A DNA stretch of 38,741 nucleotides, from assembly GCF_001194135.2 (NCBI RefSeq), contig NC_068991.1, forward strand, positions 33,444,398 to 33,483,138, written 5' to 3'. Of this stretch, positions 1-9,190 are shown piece by piece. The stretch is from Octopus bimaculoides (lineage: Eukaryota). The notes beneath the pieces are model-generated. The model was not told the origin of the DNA, ran no database searches, and worked only from the letters and a program-made list of their open reading frames with translations. Every line of letters starts with the position of its first letter. Position 1 is the first letter of the stretch. The position numbers and the translations under genes were made by a program.

Positions 1-1089
1 CTACGAATATACTATAAAACCATTTTTGTGGTCCCAAAAAAACATGTTGGGGTGTGCTGAAATCCTCGGAATTTCACTCCCCTTACACATTGATCTTTTC
101 ACCATCTATTTTTCAATGTACAGGAAAAATACGGAAATTAAGAATATGAATAAAATTTTTTTTTAATCTCAAATTTATCATGAAAGACTCCAGCTAAATT
201 TTTAGATAACACTCGCATGATTTTCACTAAGAAAAAAAATAAATCAGATTTTTTGCGTGGAATCAACTATCCTGGCCTGCTAATATGCTACAAAACCCTT
301 TTTGAGGTCCAAAAAACGGGTTGCAGTGTGGTGGAAGCCTCGGAAATTTTACCCATTTATATTATGTAATTCACTGACAAATTGTTACATACCCTTTTGT
401 TTCATTGTTGTTAAATAAATGTATTGTCAAACTTTTTTCTTCGGCGTGAAATATAAACAAAATTCTTTTGCTCCCAAAGTAGTATGTGTGTGTGAGAGAG
501 AGTGAGAGGGGGGAGAAAGATGAACGATTTAACATAAATATATCTTAATTGTTGTGTGAGAAAGTATATATAATCTCATTATAAAATAGAGTGTCTTTCA
601 AAAACATCCTATATTTGAAACTATATCTCATGTTTAAGAAAACAAAAGCATTTTACATTTTTGATGAACGCTGACATTCTGTCTTCCTTACTCACACCTA
701 CCTTTTCTTTCGTTAGATGCTTTCTGTCTCCATCTCCCACTTTTTCTTTACTTCTTTTTGTTAGACGCTGGCAAACAATCTCTATCTCTCCCTCACTCCC
801 CCCTCTCTCACACACACACATCAACACACAATTTCTCTCTCTCCCTCACACGCTTATGCACTTTCACTTCACCATGTTAGTAAACTTCAAAATTGGTAAA
901 AGTTATGGTTGAAAATTGATTTTTACAGCTATATGCGAGTGCCTCTGAGAGAAAAAGTTGACGAAAATGCAGATAAGGTCATGACGAATGTCCTCCTAAA
1001 ATTGGAGCAACATGCGTGCTAATTTGTGGACATGCATAAATTACATTCCCGTACACACACACACACATCTTGCCTTTTATATATACAGA
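1..1089 (-). mobile_element. Non-autonomous Helitron-like element, 5' part (3' end lies off the left edge)
   Basis: The minus strand starts TCTGTATATATAAAAGGCAAGA followed by (TG)n, the same style as the Helitron 5' end at 10999. Bases 889-914 are a 26-bp exact reverse-complement match to 23940-23965, a segment that ends in a hairpin plus CTAG|T. There is an internal ~70-bp direct repeat (about 11-80 vs 285-355). The base before TC is G rather than the expected A. Confidence 0.5.
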
Positions 1090-1445
1090 CATATTCATTA
1101 TTAATTTATATTAACCGCAAAAATTTTTAAACACGAACTCATTCATTTTGTGTAATTGTTTGTCCTGTACTGTCCACATTCTATGTTTGGTTCCTAGTGA
1201 CCGTAACAAAGATTTAATCAAAAATCGTGATTGTCGAACGCTGACAAAGGGTAAATACCCAGAAACCCAGGTCCGTGCGTATCACGTCAGGTCAACGATG
1301 GGAAGGATGACTTCCCTTTGCAAATACTGATAGGGCACAGAAAGTGCGTCAATAGCCAGCTGGAGGAGATGTTCTCCTGGGGCTACAAGCTACAGTAGCA
1401 TTCACCCTTAGTGGTTAGCCACATTTAAGTGGCAAATATACTTCA
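1090..1445 (+). mobile_element. Hammerhead-containing short non-coding element (retrozyme-like), copy A; boundaries approximate
   Basis: AT-rich lead-in, hammerhead fold at 1226-1286, then a GC-richer hairpin region homologous to 3510-3619, ending in a (TA)n tract. Confidence 0.55.
1226..1286 (+). ncRNA. Type I hammerhead ribozyme motif (C3:A8 core, probably impaired)
   Basis: Stem I: ACG 1238-40/CGT 1274-76, extended by CG/CG and CGTGAT 1226-31/ATCACG 1281-86. Core: CTGACAA 1241-47. Stem II: GGGT 1249-52/ACCC 1257-60, flanked by an A.A pair. GAAA 1262-65. Stem III: ACC/GGT with a 2-nt loop. GTC cleavage triplet 1271-73. Confidence 0.7.
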
Positions 1446-1463
1446 CACATATATATATATATA

Positions 1464-2558
1464 TGAGGGGTGTATGAAAAGTTTTGAGCCTAACCTAGAA
1501 ACGGGGCTGCTAGGTAGCTGAAACAATTTTTTCTGGTACAGTCTTTTCGGTGTATTCTTGTTCATTTTCATGATTCTGATATTTTAATTTTTTTTTGCTG
1601 CAGATTTTTGAATAAACAAGTGTCAAGGTTACAATGAAAATGGAGAAAACTGAGTATCATGTTATCATAAAGTACCTTCATTTAAAAAGCATGACTCCGT
1701 CAGAAATCCATGAAGATATGGTGAGAACCTTAACAGACAATGCTCCTTCATATGCAACAGTCAAACGCTGGGTACATGAATTCCAGCATGGCAGGGAGAA
1801 TGTAGAAGATGATCGCAGACCAGGGAGACCTCAAACTGCAACCACCGAGGACAACCTTGACCTTGCTCTTGGTATGATAATGCAAGATCGTCAAATATCA
1901 TGTCGTCAGATAGCCAAGAGACTGGGCATCTAAATTGAAAGAGCAGACAACATTGTGACAAAAGAACTTGGGTTCTCAAAGGTTTCTGCAAGGTGGGCCC
2001 CTCGCCTTTTGACTCCTGAACAGAAACGCACCAGATGCACTTTGTCCACGAGCAATCTGGAACTGTTTGAAGCCGATGAAGAGAATTTTCTTGCTCGTTT
2101 CATTACTATGGACGAAAGTTGGGTCCATCACTACCAGCCTGAAACCAAAGAACAATCAAAGCAGTGGAAGCACACATCTACCTCGAAGAAGGCCAGGGTC
2201 ATTCCTTCAGGTGGCAAGGACATGGCATCAGTTTTTGGGGATTCTCAAGGTCTCTTGCTGATCAATTACCTTGAAAAGGGTCACACCATGACAGAGCTGT
2301 ATTATTCTCAGCTACTGAAACGCCTCCAAGAAGCAATCAAAGTAAAAAGGCTGGGAATGCTCACCAGAGGAGTCTTTTTTCATCACGACAATGCTCCAGC
2401 CCACACCTCAGTGGCTGTCATGGCAACAATTCATGATTGTGGATACAAGCTTGTTCCCCATCTGCCTTACTCACCAGACTTAGCCCACTCTGACTTTCAG
2501 TTATTCCTAAAAATGAAAAAAGCCCTGGCTGGTCGCCATTTTGCCAGTGACAATGACG
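1464..2558 (+). mobile_element. Mariner (Tc1/mariner, D,D34D) DNA transposon; right end lost in N gap
   Basis: TA (1462-63) is followed by a mariner-type TIR start, TGAGGGGTGTATGAAAAGTTTTGAGCC. The transposase follows. No right TIR is seen after the gap. Confidence 0.93.
1634..2558 (+). pseudogene. Mariner transposase with one in-frame stop (TAA 1931-33)
   Basis: HTH N-terminus, WAPRLL (WVPREL-like), MDESW, HDNA and YSPDLAHSD. I counted 34 residues between the second and third Asp. ORFs 1634 and 1955 are in the same frame. Confidence 0.93.
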
Positions 2559-2658
2559 NNNNNNNNNNNNNNNNNNNNNNNNNNNNNNNNNNNNNNNNNN
2601 NNNNNNNNNNNNNNNNNNNNNNNNNNNNNNNNNNNNNNNNNNNNNNNNNNNNNNNNNN

Positions 2659-3233
2659 AAAACTCCGAGTTTCAGATGCCAGGGTGGGAGCCCACACCAA
2701 CATCTCTTGAGTTATCCGGCCATTGAAAATTCCTGTGAAAAATTACTGTTAAAAACAAAGGGAAATTACTGTGTAGTGACAATGTCAAAACATGTCTAAA
2801 ACTGCGTATATTATCACATGCAAGCATATATCCATATACGCACGCACATATCTCTATATACGCACGCACATATCTCTATATACGCACGCATCCACACATA
2901 TTTTTCTGTTTTCTCCCCTCCACCCTGTTTTTTCCTGTACGACTATAGACACATACAAGGAACTTTATATGTGTGCTCTTGTGAGTGTGCACGTGGATGC
3001 ATGTGTATGTAGATATATGCGTGCGTATATAGAGATATGTGTGTGCGTATATGGATATATACTTGCATGCGATAATATATGCAGTTTTAGACGCGTTTTG
3101 ACCTTGTCACTACACAGTAATTTCCCTTTGTTTTTAACGGTCATTTTTCACAGGAATCTTCAATGGCCGGATAACTGAAGAGATGTTGGCGTGGGCTCCT
3201 ACCCTGGCATCCGAAACTCGGAGTTTTATCATG
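2659..3233. mobile_element. Foldback/MITE with ~230-bp inverted arms
   Basis: 2659 to about 2895 is the near-perfect reverse complement of about 2990-3227. Both arms carry a 22-bp unit (CACATATCTCTATATACGCACG), with one more copy in the left arm. The left terminus is in the gap. Confidence 0.85.
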
Positions 3234-3316
3234 GCTACTGAATAAGTGTCACATATTTTTACAGATATATATATATATACATTAATATTTATCACCAGGG
3301 TAACATGTCAGTCCAG

Positions 3317-3341
3317 AGACTAGACTAGTTTCAGGGTGTTG
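3317..3341 (-). ncRNA. Truncated hammerhead (3' half only), inverted copy
   Basis: The minus strand reads CAACACCCTGAAACTAGTCTAGTCT, identical over 25 nt to 3467-3491. The CUGA half is missing. Confidence 0.6.
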
Positions 3342-3721
3342 AAATATTAATATCTCTATTTCTGAAAACCAGTGGATGTATTCCACTGAAAGTAGATAAA
3401 TAACCTTCCTACAGATAGTCAGTAGCGACACCTGCTGGGTTTCGGCTGCTCTGCATTGACAAGGGGCAACACCCTGAAACTAGTCTAGTCTGCAGATGCC
3501 AAACCAGCAAGGGGAAGCTGCTGACCTCCCCTGTTCGAAGGTTATAAAGGACACAGATTTGTGTGTCACATAGCTAGCTAAAGGCGATGGCCTCTTGGAG
3601 CTAATCCATGGCAGCATTCGTCCTATATTTGGGACTGCCATGTTGGCTTGGCGATAATTATTGATATCCAGTACCGCTGCCGTAGTCTCCTTTAGAGAGA
3701 CTTAGAAATATTAATATCTCT
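3341..3721 (+). mobile_element. Hammerhead-containing short non-coding element (retrozyme-like), copy B
   Basis: Bounded by the 17-bp direct repeat GAAATATTAATATCTCT (3341-57, 3705-21; period 364 bp). Contains the hammerhead at 3433-3509 and a downstream domain homologous to copy A. Followed by (TA)n. Confidence 0.6.
3433..3509 (+). ncRNA. Type I hammerhead ribozyme with U3:A8 core and extended stem I
   Basis: Stem I: TCTGCA 3450-55/TGCAGA 3491-96, an internal loop, then TGCTGG(G)TTT(C)GGC 3433-46/GCCAAACCAGCA 3498-3509. Core: TTGACAA 3456-62. Stem II: GGGG/CCCT with loop CAACA. GAAA 3476-79. Stem III: ACTA/TAGT with loop GTC. GTC cleavage triplet 3488-90. Confidence 0.8.
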
Positions 3722-4869
3722 CTCTATATATATATATATTATAAATACACACACATATATAATATATAAACATTCCTGAAGAAACTTCCACACTTTCGGA
3801 AACACTAAAACATTCCAAGTTTTTACCTTTTTGAAAGCAATGGATGGTGGAGGTTGGGGAAGGATAAGTGTTTATTTCAGAAAAGATTTTTTAAATTAAA
3901 ATTTTCTTAAAGATTCTTTGTATTTCCCTAAGTGGATTACAAAAAGAAAAAAAATCTGGAAAGAGTTCAAAATTAAGCAATTGAGGTAGGGAGGGGAGAA
4001 ATGTAAAATTTTGAAAATGTAATTTTTCAGCAAAATTGTAATCCAAACAAATTTTAGAGAAAAAAAAAGGGGTGGAGAATCGCCTCTGACATGCTAGAAA
4101 CAACAGGTACATGACACTATTTCTGAAAAGAAATTCCCTTTAAGTTTATATCGAAGATCAGGTTTTTCAATATGCTCATCACAAACACAAATTACAAAAT
4201 AAAAATAGGTCACTTCTATTGGTGTTGAGCTGTAATTTTGTGCGTACACACAGCAACAAATAACATAATTCAGACTGAAGTTTCACCTACAGTGTGTGTG
4301 TGTGAGCGCGTGTGTGTGTGCAAAAGAAGTTGTTTTTACACACCTTTCTTCATTCCAAAAGAAGACAAACATGAACAATACTTTCAATACTTCACCCATG
4401 ACTGTTAAGCCACCAACAACTATGTAGGGGTGATTGCACCAGACAAACATTTAAAAAAATGTACACATAAATATTGTATTAAAATATGCCACAACTAAAA
4501 AAAATTCATCAAAAGACATCCATTTCTCTATATTATGAGGAAATACAGTCAGATGGGGGCTACTTCTGAAGGTATGCCATTTTTGGATGGTAAATAAGTC
4601 TAAATAAGTTTGCCCTTAATTCATTAGGCTATGTCTCCTACACCACTTTACTGATTCCAGTGTTTTCTGCCTTTCTATCAACAATACAATTCGTTTCTCT
4701 TCCAAAGACAGAGTGGCATTATCTCTCTCTTTCAATTTCTCATTATAATGTATGGAGACACTATGTTGTCAACATGTTACAATTTCACTAACTTCATCGA
4801 TATATGACTAAACCTGGATATCATTTCACTTTTTACACACTTTGCTATCAATTATAAAGATAATTCCAA

Positions 4870-6295
4870 ACATGGTCTGTTAAGCTTATCTGACTACAAC
4901 ATTCCAGTACCTTCAGCAGAACAACACAGTCTTTCAAAAGAAGTCATTTGAGAAAGAGCATACAACCTGGATGCCCTGAAAAAGCAACTTGATGCAAGTG
5001 AACCATTATTGCAAGCTGAGCAAAGGTCTGTTTACAGTGAAATAGTAGCGTCTACCTTGCAAGGAGAAGGACATCTTTTCTTCATTGATACACCAGGAGG
5101 AACAAGGCAAACGTTTCTACTTAACTTATTTCTGGCAAAAATAAGGCAGATGGGAAACAGCAATTGCAGTCGCATCATCAGGGATAGCAGCACCTTTGCT
5201 AATCGGTGGATGAACCGTTCACTCAACATTCAAATTGCCTTTCAATTTGACTTCAACGGTTGCCCAATTGTGCAATATTTCAAACTGTTCCAAACGGCAC
5301 TTATTGTCTGGGATGAATGGACAGTGGCACACTGTGGTGCACTAGAAGCCCTAGATAGGTCACTAAGGGATATTAGAAACAACAGTACCATTATTGGGGG
5401 CTTGACTGTTGTTCTTGCTGGGGATTTCCATCAAATATTGCCAGACATACCATGGGGTACGCAAACTGACGAGATCTATGTGTGTCTGAGGTCTTCACCT
5501 CTGTGGAAGTTTGTTCATCAGCTTTCATTAAGCAAGAATATGCGAGCTCATCTCTACAATGACCCCTTAGCCGAGGAATTCTCTCATCAGCTTCTACAAA
5601 TTGAATAACACCCTGCAGCAGCATGTACTGCAATGTGGGCACATGGTGTCTACATTGACCAAGCTTAAAGCAAAGGTATTTCCCACATTGCAGGACAACT
5701 TCAAAAACATAGCATGCTTGGCACCTCAGATTGAAAGCATTGACAAAGTAAACCATGATCTCCTCTACATTCTACCTGGAGATGCTTCACCATTTGTCTC
5801 CATTGATACTACCATTGACAAACATGCTGCTGTTGAGTGTCCGGTTGAATTTCTCTACAACCCACAGGACTGCCACTGCATAAGTTGTTCCTAAAAAAAT
5901 TCCTCATACTCTTGAGGAATTTGGACCCACCACGACTAATGCAATGGTACAAGATTGATTGTAACTAGAACGACAAGTCATGTCCTAGAAACAACCATTA
6001 TTGCTGGTTGCCATCAAGGAGAGATTGCATACATTCCACGCATGCTCCTTATTCCTTCAAATGTGCCATGTCAATTCAAGCACCTTCAGTTCCCAGTGCG
6101 ATTGTGCTTCACTATGACAATCAACAAAGCCCAGGGTCAAACTTTAAAAATTTTGGCTTGCAATTTACAAATACCCTGCTTTTCGTTTCGACTACTTACT
6201 ATACATCGCATGCTCTTGAGTTAGCAGTGCAGATGACTTGTATATTTATTCTACCAACACTGGAGTCACACAAAACAGTTTATCCAGAAGTATTG
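4870..6295 (+). pseudogene. Helitron Rep/Hel protein, PIF1-like helicase domain (frameshifted remnant)
   Basis: FFIDTPGGTRQTF (degenerate Walker A), LIVWDE, VLAGDFHQILP, LSKNMR and QFPVRLCFTMTINKAQGQTL occur across several frames. Confidence 0.9.
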
Positions 6296-7225
6296 TCAGC
6301 TTCACTGAACATATGCTGAAGTGTGCAGTCTGCCCAAACATTACAGAGATGCTGCTTTTCACAATGGAGCAGCTTTCTTTCCATGTACCTTACCTTCTGC
6401 AATATGGATATCTGTACACTCTCCTACGTCATCCATTTCTTGATTACTTACTTTTACATGTTTGCACTCAAAAGCAAAACAAAGTCCTTTTATTGTGCAA
6501 ATTATTAATATACTTTACTTCTTAGATTTTTATGGTTCATCAACCACGAAGCCATACATCACTCCATTACTACTGCCCAACCTCTGCATACCAGTATAAC
6601 CCATTTCTTTTCAAGAAGCACAGCATCTGTATACATTTATGCCACACTGCCCACATCACTAACACAGTTTACTCATATCCTTACATATGTACATATACAT
6701 ACAGCCCTAAAAGTCCCTTTTTTATTCTACTGGCCTTGACGTTGATATAAATTGATATCAAATATGCATGCAGAAAACCATATTACTTTTGAACATGGCC
6801 TTTTTTCATTGGGGAAGCTAATGTACGTGTGTGGCTTAAAGTTATCAACAGATATTATGGGACAGGTAAGAACTATTTCAGCTTCTACATTACCCGATTT
6901 ATAGCCATGAAAATGAGTTGCCAAATTGCTGTATCAGATATCAAAAGATTGGGCAATCTTTTAGCTACCAGTGTAAAGTAAGTTTTTTGCACAGCAACCC
7001 AATTTTACTACAAAAATTAACATCAAAATAAGGCTCAGTCGCACAATTTTTAAGGGCAATGTTAAGATTTCATTCTGATCTAAGCTGCCATTGTACATGT
7101 TTTGGTATCCAAAATTTCATCATTGTTCATCAGAAAATGAACGAAAAGCATGTTTATAAGGAAGAATTGTTTGCTTGATACTCCTTGTGTACCAATTCAG
7201 CCCATAAGAAAGGAACAAATAGTAC

Positions 7226-8135
7226 AATGTGGCTGTAGGTCATAACACCCAGGCAACACCAGGATGCATTGCTAGTATACATATCAGGCTGGGCAAAGTT
7301 CAGAGAGCTCCTACCTCTCTTGGTAACAAAGGGTCTCTCCCTCGGAGTGAAAGGCAGATTGTATAATGCCTGTGTGTGAACAGCCATGCTACACAGCAGT
7401 GAAACACATGGGCTGTGACTGCCGAGGACATGTGTAGGCTTGAAAGAAATGAAGCTAGTATACTTTGCTGGATGTGCAATGTCAGTGTGTATGTACAACA
7501 GAGTGTAAGCATCTTGAGAGAAAAGTTGGGCACGAGAGGTATCAGATGTGGTGTGCAAAAGAAACAACTACATTCTTATGGTCATGTGATGCAGATGAAT
7601 GCGCACAGCTGTTTGAAGAAGTGCTGATCTCTAACAGTAGAGGGAAGCCGTGGAAGAGGGAGACCAAGGAAGACATGGAATGAGGTGGTGAAGCATGATT
7701 TTAGAGAATTGGGCCTCATGGAGGTAATGACTAATGACTGAAAACTTTCGCGATATGCCGTGCTTGTTGTCGGTGCCATGTAACTGGCACTGGTGCTGGT
7801 GCCATGTAGAAATGACCTTTTAAGCATTGGGGCTCACAGAGACAATGTAGATAATGCCGGTGTCTCATAAACAGCACCTTTCAAGTGTTGGACCTCACTG
7901 AGGCAATGACAGATGACTAAAACCTTTGTCAATATACTGTGCTTGAGAAGAAGACCAATCAAGCCAAGTGAAATAGTTGTCATGACAGATGCTGGTGCCA
8001 TACAACTGGCACTCATATCAGTAACATGTAAAGGTACTCATTACACTCTTAGAGTGGTTGGCATTAGGAAGGGCATCCAGTTGTAGAGACCATGCTAAAT
8101 CAGAATGGAATCTGGTGCAGTATGATGATGATGAT
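7226..8135 (+). mobile_element. RTE LINE 3' fragment (ORF2 end plus 3' UTR ending in (GAT)n)
   Basis: GGCTGGGCAAAGTTCAGAGAGCT... is homologous to 29540-30010. The UTR motif GGAAGGGCATCCAG is present, with a GATGATGAT tail at about 8123-8135. Confidence 0.8.
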
Positions 8136-8179
8136 ATGTATAGATACATATATGTAGACACACACACACACACACACAT

Positions 8180-8410
8180 ATCATTGTCATTATCATTTAG
8201 CATCTGTTGTTCATGGTGACCTGGATAGGATGGTTTGACATGGGCTGGTGAACTGAGGGGTTGCACCAGACTCTAGTTTGATTTGGTATGGTTTCTATGA
8301 CCGGATGTCCTTCCTAATGCCAACCACTCCGAGAGTGTAATGGGTGCTTTTATATGACACCAGTGTCTGCTATGACTACGATTTCACTTGGCTTGATGGG
8401 CCTTCTCATC
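8180..8410 (-). mobile_element. RTE 3' UTR fragment, opposite orientation
   Basis: (CAT)n-like start and GGATGTCCTTCCTAATGCCAACCACTC, as at 35290-35460. Confidence 0.7.
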
Positions 8411-8445
8411 AGGCACATACATACATACATACATACATACATACA

Positions 8446-9190
8446 CTAGCAGTAAAACCTGTCGTTGATCGGGTAATTACTTTTACTGTTTATTATATGT
8501 ATAATTTACTCCTCCTGTATGTGTTTTTTAGAAGAGAAAAACTATGTAATAATCGAAGAAGAAGAAAGATCAATATCATACATGAACTTGTGTTTGTTTG
8601 TTATATGATAATCATGAGTTGTTTGTGTTATTTTATTTATCTATACAGTAATGACAATGATATGATATTTTTATAAGAGAAAAAATAATTGAAGTAGAAA
8701 AGAGATCATTTTTATACATGAACTTCTGTTTGTCTATTACATGATAATAATAAGCGAGATGAATGTGTTATGTTATTTATCAATACAGTAATGACAATTA
8801 TATAATACAGTTCATTGAAATAGGTAATTTACTCATTCTTGAATGTAATGATAGTAATGGTAAATGAAGTTATTGAAGTATTCATGTTGCATTAAAGATG
8901 AATATTTCTTTATGAACAATGTTTCTTGTTTTATTTCGGGGTACATAAGCCTTTTCTACAAACAGTGAGAATGAATTTTATGCACAATTAATCTTTTACC
9001 ATTGCATAATTTTGGCTGAGACAAAATATGTAATAGCATAATAGGAGTCCCTTTTTTCAACTGAAGACAATAAGGAGCTGTACTTGGTGGTTGTAGTGAG
9101 TTAAAGAATTAATTGAAGTACAAAAGTAATGTACTACATACATGAACTTCTATTTGTTTATTATATGACACTAATGAGTTTAATTTTTTA
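8446..9190 (-). mobile_element. Helitron-like 3' end and AT-rich body with internal tandem units; continues at 11000-11178
   Basis: The minus strand ends CCCGATCAACGACAGGTTTTACTGCTAG|T (imperfect hairpin plus CTAG at 8446-49). Units starting GAAG...CATGAACTT occur at about 8555, 8690 and 9115. Confidence 0.6.

Noticed and set aside
7095-7135. CTGATGA...GAAA on the minus strand
   Set aside because: No stem II or stem III pairing. Other CTGATGA hits (about 9500, 18115 and 28175) also fail to fold.
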